From the NCBI GenBank assembly GCA_012511175.1, contig JAAZGO010000027.1:7974-71973 (forward strand): 64,000 nucleotides of DNA, read 5' to 3'. Below the pieces are notes generated by a model. That model was given only the letters and a program-made list of their open reading frames with translations. It was not told where the DNA came from and ran no database searches. This document shows positions 17,982 through 26,497 of the stretch, one piece after another (position 1 is the first letter of the stretch; each line of letters opens with the position of its first letter). Position numbers and translations under genes: made by a program. Origin of the DNA: Fastidiosipila sp. (lineage in GTDB: Bacteria > Bacillota > Clostridia > Saccharofermentanales > DTU023).

Positions 17982-18700
17982 GTCGATGGATAAGAACAGT
18001 CGCGTTATTGATGGCCCTTTTTGCAGGCCTTTCTTCCGGTTTTCTTGTGAGGCAGCTTGCGGAAACGGGAAAAGGTGAAAACAAGGAGGCGGCCGCGATC
18101 CGCCGTGCCAGAGCGGTTCTGGAGCAGGAAGAGGAGCAGTATGCAGTCCTGCAGTCTCAAAACGGCCAGCTGGAAGACCGCAAGAAGGCATTATTGCGCC
18201 GGCTGGAAGAATACCAGGATGTCAGCGGCATCCTGGCCGAAATGAGAGAATATGCCTTTCTGTCCGGGATGACAGATGTTCGTGGCAGCGGTATCACCTT
18301 GACGCTCAATGACAAGCTGGATTATGACCCCCTGACGGATCCGATTGAAGCGGTCATCCATGACAGCACCATCAACTATATACTCAATCTTCTGTGGGCT
18401 TCAGGCGCACGTGCCATCTCCTTCAACGGCACTCGCCTGACGGCCGTTTCGGAGGTCAGCTGCGTCGGCCCGACCATTCTCTGCTACGGAATCAGGCAGA
18501 TGCCCCCTTACGTCATCGAGGCGGCCGGACCGGCAGCCTCCATGGCCGGCGCCCTTGAAACGGATTCCTATCTGGCTCATCTGACCCAGAGCAAGATAGG
18601 AATCAGGCTCACGGTCACGCCCGAAGAAGAGCTGATTCTTCCTTCTTTTTCCAGGACCCATGATTTCCTTCCCTACATCGATTTGCTGCGAACGCCTTGA
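17978..18700 (+). CDS. DUF881 domain protein (YlxW/YlxX-like)
   Basis: N-terminal TM, coiled coil, and 'GSGITLTLND...VIHDSTINYILNLLWASGARAISFNGTRL' typical of DUF881. ATGA overlap with rluD. Confidence 0.8.
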   Translation: MSRWIRTVALLMALFAGLSSGFLVRQLAETGKGENKEAAAIRRARAVLEQEEEQYAVLQSQNGQLEDRKKALLRRLEEYQDVSGILAEMREYAFLSGMTDVRGSGITLTLNDKLDYDPLTDPIEAVIHDSTINYILNLLWASGARAISFNGTRLTAVSEVSCVGPTILCYGIRQMPPYVIEAAGPAASMAGALETDSYLAHLTQSKIGIRLTVTPEEELILPSFSRTHDFLPYIDLLRTP

Positions 18701-18722
18701 AGCATTAACAAGAGGTGCCGGT

Positions 18723-19436
18723 ATGAAAAACAAATGGTTTCAATACATCTCAATCCTGACCGTCTGCATGCTGGTCGGTATGGTTATTGCCCTTCTGATG
18801 AAAAACCTCAACATCACCAACCTGGGGGGGCAAAGCCTGCAGGAGCTGCAAAACGCCATTATCGACTACCAGAAGAAAAATGAGGACCTGAATAACCGCA
18901 ATGCACGCCTTTATGAGTATTTGCGCGAGCTTGAGGCGGAGCTTGCGGGAGGAAGCGGGGAGAGTTACCTTCACATTGTGGACGAGAAAGAACAATACGC
19001 CGCCTTTGCAGGCCTCAGAGCGGCCAAAAACGCCGGCGTGGTCATTACGCTCACCCCCGCGGAAGGCTACCGCATGCAGGATGCTGTCATCCGGCAACTG
19101 GTCAATGAATTGTCTGCGCTCGGGGCCCAGGCCATCTCAATCAATGAGGAAAGAAAAGTGGCGACAACCGAAGTCCGCACCAGCCAGGACCTTATCCTGA
19201 TCAACGGCGTCGGTTTTTCACGCAATTCCCCTTTCGAAATAAAGGCCATTGTCGAACCGACAAAAATTGACACTTATGTTGTGCCTTACCTGCTCTCCGT
19301 CGGGGACAGCATTAAGAAGCAGGTTGGCGATCAGTCGGTTGCCATCACGGTCAAAAAAGACGAAAACGTCCTGATCCCCGCGCTTCGCGAAGACAGAATC
19401 GCTTACCAGATGGAACTTTTAATACCGGCGGAATAG
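18723..19436 (+). CDS. DUF881 domain protein (second paralog)
   Basis: Same architecture as the upstream DUF881 gene ('GVVITLTP...VIRQLVNELSALGAQAISINEERK'). Start placed at the ATG at 18723 (MKNKWFQY). Confidence 0.8.
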   Translation: MKNKWFQYISILTVCMLVGMVIALLMKNLNITNLGGQSLQELQNAIIDYQKKNEDLNNRNARLYEYLRELEAELAGGSGESYLHIVDEKEQYAAFAGLRAAKNAGVVITLTPAEGYRMQDAVIRQLVNELSALGAQAISINEERKVATTEVRTSQDLILINGVGFSRNSPFEIKAIVEPTKIDTYVVPYLLSVGDSIKKQVGDQSVAITVKKDENVLIPALREDRIAYQMELLIPAE

Positions 19437-19475
19437 CGCCTTATGATTTGTTGGAGGCTTCGGGGGCACGTTATA

Positions 19476-20489
19476 ATGAATGACATGACCAAGAGCGAAC
19501 CTATTTTTGAAAAACGAATTGAATTGGAAAGCCCGGAGGAAGGTTTCGCGCTGCTGGGTTCCTGCAACGGGAACGCATCGCTTTTCGGGGAGGCCTTCAA
19601 CGTTGTCTGCGATTCAACAGCTGACGGGCTTGTCATCCGGGGGGCCGAAAAATCAAAGGTTGAAACGGCCGGCCGCATCATGACCCGCCTTTATGAGCTT
19701 TACAAGTCCGGAGCGACCCCGGTCACGGAGCAATTGATACGCTACCTGATCGATGCTTCAGTCCGGGGAACCTGGGGGGAGGCAGCGGAATTTTCTCCCG
19801 ACCTGATCTGTGTCAATGCCAAGGGGCGGCCCATCTTGTCCAAGACCAAGGGCCAGCAGCTCTACGTTGATGCCATCCGGAAACATGAACTGACTTTCGC
19901 CATCGGCCCGGCGGGAACCGGGAAGACCTATCTGGCCGTGGCCATGGCGGTCAAGGCCTTCCGTGCCCATGAAGTCTCAAGAATAATCCTGACCCGTCCG
20001 GCTATTGAAGCCGGGGAGAACCTGGGTTTTCTGCCCGGGGATCTCCAAAGCAAGGTCGACCCCTACATGCGGCCACTTTACGATTCCTTGAATGACTTAA
20101 TGGGCTATGACACTTACCAGCGTCACCTGGAGAGAGGTGAGATCGAAATATCGCCACTTGCCTACATGAGGGGGCGCACCCTGGATGACGCCTTCATCAT
20201 TCTCGACGAGGCACAAAATACTACCCGTGAACAAATGAAAATGTTTTTGACCCGCATCGGATACAATGCCAGAGCTGTCGTTACAGGGGATATCACACAG
20301 ATTGACCTGCCGGTAAGGCGAAAAAGCGGGCTGGCGGAAGCAGCGGCCCTGCTGGGTCAGCTTGAGGGCATCAGAAGCGTCCGCCTGACAGAGCGGGATG
20401 TCGTCCGCAATCCCCTGGTTCAGCGTATTATCCGGGCCTATGAGAAGGATTCGGAGGGACAGCATAAGGGCCGGCCTGACAGGAGATAG
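19476..20489 (+). CDS. phoH: PhoH-like ATPase
   Basis: Walker A 'GPAGTGKTYLAVA', 'ILDEAQNTT' and 'VTGDITQIDLP'. The start could be the ATG at 19476 or the ATG at 19443. Confidence 0.92.
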   Translation: MNDMTKSEPIFEKRIELESPEEGFALLGSCNGNASLFGEAFNVVCDSTADGLVIRGAEKSKVETAGRIMTRLYELYKSGATPVTEQLIRYLIDASVRGTWGEAAEFSPDLICVNAKGRPILSKTKGQQLYVDAIRKHELTFAIGPAGTGKTYLAVAMAVKAFRAHEVSRIILTRPAIEAGENLGFLPGDLQSKVDPYMRPLYDSLNDLMGYDTYQRHLERGEIEISPLAYMRGRTLDDAFIILDEAQNTTREQMKMFLTRIGYNARAVVTGDITQIDLPVRRKSGLAEAAALLGQLEGIRSVRLTERDVVRNPLVQRIIRAYEKDSEGQHKGRPDRR

Positions 20490-20495
20490 AGATCC

Positions 20496-22688
20496 ATGAA
20501 AAAAGAAAAGCACAGCCTGCGTGTTGCGATTAATCTCCTCTTCGTTTTTGCTGCCGTCGCCATCATCATCGGAACGGTCTATTATGGTTCAACTCCCAGG
20601 CAGTATGACCTCCAGGTCGGGGATATCAGTCCCTATGATATTTCAGCCCCCCGGGATATCGCGGATGAGGCGGAAACGGTCAGACGCGCTTTGGCTGAAA
20701 TGTCACAGGTGCCCAACATCATGCTCCGCTCGGAGTCGCGCAGCGAGGAATCGCGTGAACGTGTCCGCAGCCTGATTGCACTGGTCCAGGAAAAAAGGGA
20801 AGCCCTTTACCGGGAACCGGTCGTCGAAATCTACCCGCCGCAGGACGAAGAAGATCTGCCCGCGGAAACTGCGCCGGAGACGGAAGAGCCGAGAAGAAGG
20901 CGTCCTGACAGCCATGAGATCGAGCTGGCTGTGTCCTCCCTTATCTCTGCTTCCGATCAATCAATCGGCATCGTGATTCTTCCAGGTGATGCGGATCAGT
21001 TAATCCGGATGGATGAGGACAGGTTCCAGCATTTCTCCGCCATTCTATTTGCTGAGTCGAGCGCAGTCATCGCGGGAACTCTTGATTTGGAAGGCCTTCA
21101 GTCTGCCATCGGCGAGAGTGTGGAAAGACTGGGCCGGACCATGGAATTCTATGAAGATGATGCTGCCCTGGTTGGAAGAATGATGACCCTGCTGCTCCAG
21201 CCCAACGTTGAATTCAATCAGGAGGCGACTGATAAGGCCAAAAATGCTGCCTACGAACGGGTGATAAACAATCCGGTCATGATCAACCGCGGGGTTAGGA
21301 TCATCAGCCAGGGTGATGTGATCACACCTGAACTGAAGGCCATGCTGGACCAACTTAATCTGACTGTCAGTTCGCGGATCGATTGGATCCGCCTCGGTTC
21401 CATCCTGGCGCTTGTCTTCCTGGTCGGCGTCATATCAGTTATCTTTTTTGCCCGCTACTCCAGGGATCTGGTCATTTCAACACCGCGAAACATGCTGGCC
21501 CTGGTGCTTGCGCTCCTGATTCCGCTTGCCATGTCTGCCTATCTGGCGCGCGACTATCCGCTGGCGCCTCCCGTTTATTTCGCTGCCGTCGTGGTGACGG
21601 CCTATTTCGGTTTGAGAACCTCCATATTCCTGAGTGCCATGCTGACCATTATCGCCATGCCCATGACGGCTTTCAATCCCTCTTTCCCCATCGTTGCCCT
21701 GCTGGGAAGCACGGTGGCTGCCCTGTTGACCAAGGGAACGGGAAGGCACGATAATTATGCCCGGATTATTCTGGCCACATCTTTCGTTAATGCTGGAGCC
21801 GCGCTGACGCTTGGCTTGCTCCAGAAGGACTCTTGGAGCGTGATCAGCTCATTTTCATTGCAGGCGACCGTTTCCGGAGCCCTGTCGGTCATTATTGGAA
21901 TCGGCATCATGCCTCTTTTCGAATTGATTTTCAACACAGTCTCACCTTTGAGATTGATTGAATTGTCCCAGCCCGGTCACCCCCTGATGAAACGGCTTTT
22001 CGTTGAAGCCCCCGGAACCTCACAGCACAGCATGATGGTGGCCAACCTGGCCGATAAGGCAGCGGAGGCGATTGGAGCCAACGCCATGATCGCCCGGGTC
22101 GGCGCCTATTTTCACGATGTGGGCAAACTGGAAGCCCCGCTCATGTTTACTGAAAATCAAACGGGCGACAACCCCCACGACCGCCTGACGCCCTTGGAAA
22201 GCGCACGCATCATCACCCGGCACCCTGAGGACAGCTTGATACTGGGGCGCAAATACCGGCTGCCCCAACCGCTCCTCCGCATCGCCAATGAACACCATGG
22301 GACAACCCTGCTTCAGTTTTTCTGGAACAAGGCCCTGGCGGAAGCCGAGGCAAGAGGGGAGGAACCGCCTTCCATGGATGCTTTCCGCTACCGGACGCCC
22401 CTTCCGGGAACGCGTGAATCAGCCATCGTCATGCTGGCGGATTCCGTTGAGGCAGCCATGCGGTCAGAAAACATCCACGGCCTCGAAGAGGCCGAGATCT
22501 TGATCAATCAGGTGGTCAGGGACAAAATTGATCAGGATCAGCTGAAACATTCGGGTCTCTCTTTCGCGGATGTTGAAACCATCAGCCAGTCATTTCTTCA
22601 GATTTATGCGGGGCATTTCCATGAACGCGTTCCCTACCGGCGGCCGGCTGCCCGGCTTGCCGCGCCGGCTGAGTTCCAGCGGAGGTGA
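20496..22688 (+). CDS. pgpH: 7TM-receptor HD-domain phosphohydrolase (PgpH/YqfF family)
   Basis: N-terminal extracytoplasmic domain, about 7 TM helices, and a C-terminal HD domain ('YFHDVGK', 'EHHGTTL'). Conserved phoH-pgpH-ybeY order. Confidence 0.88.
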   Translation: MKKEKHSLRVAINLLFVFAAVAIIIGTVYYGSTPRQYDLQVGDISPYDISAPRDIADEAETVRRALAEMSQVPNIMLRSESRSEESRERVRSLIALVQEKREALYREPVVEIYPPQDEEDLPAETAPETEEPRRRRPDSHEIELAVSSLISASDQSIGIVILPGDADQLIRMDEDRFQHFSAILFAESSAVIAGTLDLEGLQSAIGESVERLGRTMEFYEDDAALVGRMMTLLLQPNVEFNQEATDKAKNAAYERVINNPVMINRGVRIISQGDVITPELKAMLDQLNLTVSSRIDWIRLGSILALVFLVGVISVIFFARYSRDLVISTPRNMLALVLALLIPLAMSAYLARDYPLAPPVYFAAVVVTAYFGLRTSIFLSAMLTIIAMPMTAFNPSFPIVALLGSTVAALLTKGTGRHDNYARIILATSFVNAGAALTLGLLQKDSWSVISSFSLQATVSGALSVIIGIGIMPLFELIFNTVSPLRLIELSQPGHPLMKRLFVEAPGTSQHSMMVANLADKAAEAIGANAMIARVGAYFHDVGKLEAPLMFTENQTGDNPHDRLTPLESARIITRHPEDSLILGRKYRLPQPLLRIANEHHGTTLLQFFWNKALAEAEARGEEPPSMDAFRYRTPLPGTRESAIVMLADSVEAAMRSENIHGLEEAEILINQVVRDKIDQDQLKHSGLSFADVETISQSFLQIYAGHFHERVPYRRPAARLAAPAEFQRR

Positions 22689-22697
22689 GGAAAACCG

Positions 22698-24110
22698 GTG
22701 ATTGACCTGAATCACAGCAACCGTCAGCGCCTGTTTAAGCTCAGCCAGACATCACCCCTGGTCAGGGAAGCGGCCAGTCGGGTGCTTTATGACTCTCCTT
22801 TCGTCAGGGAATTGATGGCGGAGGGGGTCGGAGTTACCGTTGACTGGACCCTGGTTGGTCCTCGCTCCATGAGGAAGATCAACCGCCAACAGCGGGGAAT
22901 CGACAGTGAAACCGACATTCTTTCCTTCCCGGCGCGCCAGATGATCAGAGGGCAGCCGGCTGCTCCGATCGAGAACTGGGAATACCTGGAAACGGGCGGG
23001 GGGCGGCGGACCATCCTGCTGGGAGATCTTGTCATTTCCCCCTCCAGGGTGGCGGACCAGGCAGAAGAATTGGGACATGGTTTCGAGCGGGAATTCACCT
23101 TTCTGGTCATCCACGGCCTGCTCCATCTGCTGGGTTATCGCCATGACACCGAAGAGGAAGAAAAGGAAATGAATGCCCTGCAGGACCGCTTCATGCAGAG
23201 CCTGATTGAAATCCCCTGCGGTTTTGTTGCCATTACCGGAAGGCCCAACGTCGGCAAATCGACGCTTCTGAATCAACTGTCAAACCGGACCCTGGCCATT
23301 ACAACAGACAAGCCACAGACAACGCGCCAGGCTGTCCGAAGTGTGCTGACAAGCGCCGACTACCAAGTTGCCCTCCTGGACACGCCCGGGTTGCACCAAC
23401 CAAAAAACGCGCTTGGGAAAGCCATGATGAAGGCAACATCGTCAGCGGTCGCTCAGGCCGATGTTCTGGCAGTCATGATCGACGCTTCCTGGAGTCCCTT
23501 TGCCGGCAGCCTTGAACGGCGTGTCATTGAGCAGGCGCAAGCCGCGGGGAAGGCGGTTGTGCTTGTGATCAACAAAGTGGACCGGGCGCCCAAAGAAAAT
23601 ATTTTGCCGCTCATTAAGGTTTACGATGATCTCTACAAGTTGGATGCCTACGTGCCGGTGTCTGCCCTCGGGAATGACGGCATTGAACGCCTGCTCCATG
23701 AACTGGTCAGGCTCTTGCCTGTGCGGCGCAGGCTATTTGATCCGGAGGATGAGACCAATCAGACAGAAAAGATGTTGGCGGCCGAATTGATCCGCCGCGA
23801 AATTCTTCTGCAGACAAAAGAGGAGGTTCCCTACGGCACCACGGTCCTGATTGATCGCTTTGAGGAAGAAGGGGAAGGCGAACGTGAGGTCTTTATCGAT
23901 GCCTTGATTTACTGCGCCAAAAAGACTCATAAACAAATTATCGTCGGCAAAGGCGGCGAAAGAATCAAGGCAATCGGACTTGCCTCCCGCCGGGCCATCG
24001 AAACCATGCTGGATGCCCGTGTTCACTTGTCTTTATTTGTCAAGGTCAAGCTGGGATGGCAGGATCGGCCGTCCGACCTGATGGACGCCGGATTGATGGA
24101 AAGGGAATAG
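22698..24110 (+). CDS. YbeY endoribonuclease fused in frame to GTPase Era
   Basis: Residues 1-165 are YbeY ('ILSFP', zinc motif 'HGLLHLLGYRHD'). Residues 166-470 are Era (G1 'GRPNVGKSTL', 'DTPG', 'NKVD', C-terminal KH). The reading frame is continuous with no stop at the junction (nt 23193). Confidence 0.9.
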   Translation: MIDLNHSNRQRLFKLSQTSPLVREAASRVLYDSPFVRELMAEGVGVTVDWTLVGPRSMRKINRQQRGIDSETDILSFPARQMIRGQPAAPIENWEYLETGGGRRTILLGDLVISPSRVADQAEELGHGFEREFTFLVIHGLLHLLGYRHDTEEEEKEMNALQDRFMQSLIEIPCGFVAITGRPNVGKSTLLNQLSNRTLAITTDKPQTTRQAVRSVLTSADYQVALLDTPGLHQPKNALGKAMMKATSSAVAQADVLAVMIDASWSPFAGSLERRVIEQAQAAGKAVVLVINKVDRAPKENILPLIKVYDDLYKLDAYVPVSALGNDGIERLLHELVRLLPVRRRLFDPEDETNQTEKMLAAELIRREILLQTKEEVPYGTTVLIDRFEEEGEGEREVFIDALIYCAKKTHKQIIVGKGGERIKAIGLASRRAIETMLDARVHLSLFVKVKLGWQDRPSDLMDAGLMERE

Positions 24111-24113
24111 GCG

Positions 24114-24929
24114 ATGAGCCAGGTGGTGACCAAAGCCTTTGTCATGAATTCCTTTCCCTGGAAAGACCGCCACCGGCTGCTTCACCTTCTGACTCCCGAT
24201 CTCGGCCTCATTACTGCCATGGCACCGGCAAGTGAACGCCTGAAAAGCAGGCTGCGCCCGGTGACCCAGCTCTTTTCCTATTCGGAGTTTACGCTGACTT
24301 GCCAGCAGTCGCGCTTTTCTGTCAAAGACGGTTCATTGATCGAATCCTTCATCTCGATCTCACGGGATTTGGATCGGCTGGCTGCTGCCTCCCATGCGGC
24401 GGAAGTCTTCTCAGATGCCGCGCGAAATGATCAACCGCAAAGGAACCTGTTTGAGCTGTGGGGTTACACACTCTATGAGATCGCCGTGGCGGAGGATCCT
24501 GTTTTCATCGCCCGCATGGGTACTTTCCGCCTGATGAAGGTTATGGGCCTTTTACCCTGTCTTGACAGCTGCCTGATCTGCCGGGAGGCCATTGACGGCC
24601 CCCTGCTTTTCAGCTTCAGGGAGGGGGGCCTGCTATGCGGCAGAGACCTGGATGCTGCGGCCGGTGAAAGGCTGACCTCCTTGTCGCCTGGCTGCGGGGC
24701 TCTCCTGCGCCACATCGCGAACGCACCCCTGACGCGCCTGTACCGCTTCCAAGCCTCGGAGGCGGTCCGCCATGAGGCCTCTTGCTTTGCCGAAAGATGG
24801 CTTGAGGAAAAGATGGAAAAGCGTTATAAACGGTTGGCCATGCTGGATCAATGCCCGGATTTTATTTTGCCGGAACAGCGCCTGCCACATGAGGAGAAAG
24901 ACCATGACTCTCTTTCGCAGCCTCTTTGA
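24114..24929 (+). CDS. recO: DNA repair protein RecO
   Basis: RecO N-terminal OB pattern ('TKAFVMNSFPWKDRHRLLHLLTPDLGLITAMA') and a C-terminal Cys motif ('CLDSCLICRE'). Conserved position after era. Confidence 0.87.
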   Translation: MSQVVTKAFVMNSFPWKDRHRLLHLLTPDLGLITAMAPASERLKSRLRPVTQLFSYSEFTLTCQQSRFSVKDGSLIESFISISRDLDRLAAASHAAEVFSDAARNDQPQRNLFELWGYTLYEIAVAEDPVFIARMGTFRLMKVMGLLPCLDSCLICREAIDGPLLFSFREGGLLCGRDLDAAAGERLTSLSPGCGALLRHIANAPLTRLYRFQASEAVRHEASCFAERWLEEKMEKRYKRLAMLDQCPDFILPEQRLPHEEKDHDSLSQPL

Positions 24930-25584
24930 TGTGATTGGGCCCATCATGATCGGGCCGTCCAGCTCCCACACGGCCGGAGCAGTCCGCATCGGACTGGCGG
25001 CCCGCTCTCTCTTCGGGGAATTGCCAGATTCGGTCGATATTACGCTCTATGGTTCTTTCGCCCACACTTATAAGGGCCACGGCACCGACCTGGCGCTGGT
25101 CGCGGGCCTGATGGGCTACTCACTGGGGAGCGCGGAAATCAAGCATGCCCGCCGCCTGGCAGATGAGGCCGGGCTGGTGGTTTCCATGACCCCTTCGGAG
25201 GAGCTGACCGAGCACCCGAATACAGCGAAGATCGTGATGAAAAAGGGAAGCCGGTCCATGAGCGTGACCGGTATTTCAACCGGTGGCGGCTTGATAGATT
25301 TGATTGAAATAGATGGTTTCAATGTCCACGTTTCGGGCGAGGAGCCGGTGATTCTTGTTTTTCATCGCGACCGCCCCGGCCTGATCGCCCAGGTGACCCG
25401 TATCCTGGCTGCTGAGGAGGTCAATGTGAGTCAGATGGAGGTTTCCCGCAAAGCGCGCGGCGAAACAGCCCTGATGCTGATTGCCACGGACGGGGAGATC
25501 CCCCGGCGGGCTTTGCAGGAGATTGAAAAGATCGGGGACGTCAAGTCAATCATTTTTTTGAGCGCACTGACGCGCCAGGCTTGA
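24904..25584 (+). CDS. sdaAB: L-serine dehydratase, iron-sulfur type, beta subunit
   Basis: 'FDVIGPIMIGPSSSHTAGA' signature with a C-terminal ACT-like domain. Start at the ATG at 24904 after a GAGGAGAAAG RBS, overlapping the recO end by 26 nt. Confidence 0.92.
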   Translation: MTLFRSLFDVIGPIMIGPSSSHTAGAVRIGLAARSLFGELPDSVDITLYGSFAHTYKGHGTDLALVAGLMGYSLGSAEIKHARRLADEAGLVVSMTPSEELTEHPNTAKIVMKKGSRSMSVTGISTGGGLIDLIEIDGFNVHVSGEEPVILVFHRDRPGLIAQVTRILAAEEVNVSQMEVSRKARGETALMLIATDGEIPRRALQEIEKIGDVKSIIFLSALTRQA

Positions 25585-25600
25585 GGCGGGGAGCAGACTC

Positions 25601-26497
25601 ATGATCAAGGAAAATTTCGCTGAAATCATCGCAAAATGCCAGGCTGAAAATCAAAGGCTGGCTTCCTTCTTCCTGGAACGGGAACTTGGGCTGGGGGATC
25701 TGGACGAAGCCGGCATTCTGGAGCGGATGGAGGCCAATCTGCAGGTGATGGAACAGGGCGTCCGGGAAGGCCTGAAAGGGGTCAAGTCTCACTCAGGTCT
25801 CTCTGGAGGAGATGCCAGGCGCCTGCACGATTACCTGGCCGGCGGGCCCGCCCTGGGCGGCAGCGTCTATCTTGAAGCGGCCATGAATGCAGTCGCTGTC
25901 AATGAGGTGAATGCCTCCATGGGAATCATTTGTGCCACACCTACGGCCGGGTCTTCCGGCATTGTCCCCGGCGTGCTGCTGGCTTGCCGGGGCAGACTGA
26001 ATCTGAGCCGTCGCGCCCAGCTCGATTTCCTTATCACTTGTGGCGGCTGTGGTCTCCTGATCGGCAATCAGGCTTCTCTTTCCGGGGCGGCAGGCGGCTG
26101 CCAGGCTGAAGTTGGATCCGCGTCCGCCATGGCGGCGGCGGCTCTGGTCGAGGCGGCGGGCGGCGGGCCCGCCCAGTCAGGTCACGCGCTGGCAATTGCC
26201 TTGAAGAGTATGCTCGGCCTCACCTGCGACCCCGTTGCCAGTCTGGTCGAAGTGCCCTGCATCAAGCGCAATGCGGCAGGTGCGGTCAACGCGCTTGTGG
26301 CGGCAGAGATGGCGCTGGCAGGTGTGGAGAGCCGGATTCCCGTCGACCAGGTAATTGAAGCCATGGGCTCGATTGGCCGCATGATGCCGGTGGCCCTGCG
26401 TGAAACAGCTCTGGGAGGTCTGGCGCAAACCCCGGCAGCAAGGAAAATCAGCCAGCAGCTTCAGGAGCTGGGCCAGGTTGAGCTTGACCGGCTCTAA
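25601..26497 (+). CDS. sdaAA: L-serine dehydratase, iron-sulfur type, alpha subunit
   Basis: 'ICATPTAGSSGIVPG' and 'AGGCQAEVGSASAMAA' motifs. Confidence 0.92.
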   Translation: MIKENFAEIIAKCQAENQRLASFFLERELGLGDLDEAGILERMEANLQVMEQGVREGLKGVKSHSGLSGGDARRLHDYLAGGPALGGSVYLEAAMNAVAVNEVNASMGIICATPTAGSSGIVPGVLLACRGRLNLSRRAQLDFLITCGGCGLLIGNQASLSGAAGGCQAEVGSASAMAAAALVEAAGGGPAQSGHALAIALKSMLGLTCDPVASLVEVPCIKRNAAGAVNALVAAEMALAGVESRIPVDQVIEAMGSIGRMMPVALRETALGGLAQTPAARKISQQLQELGQVELDRL

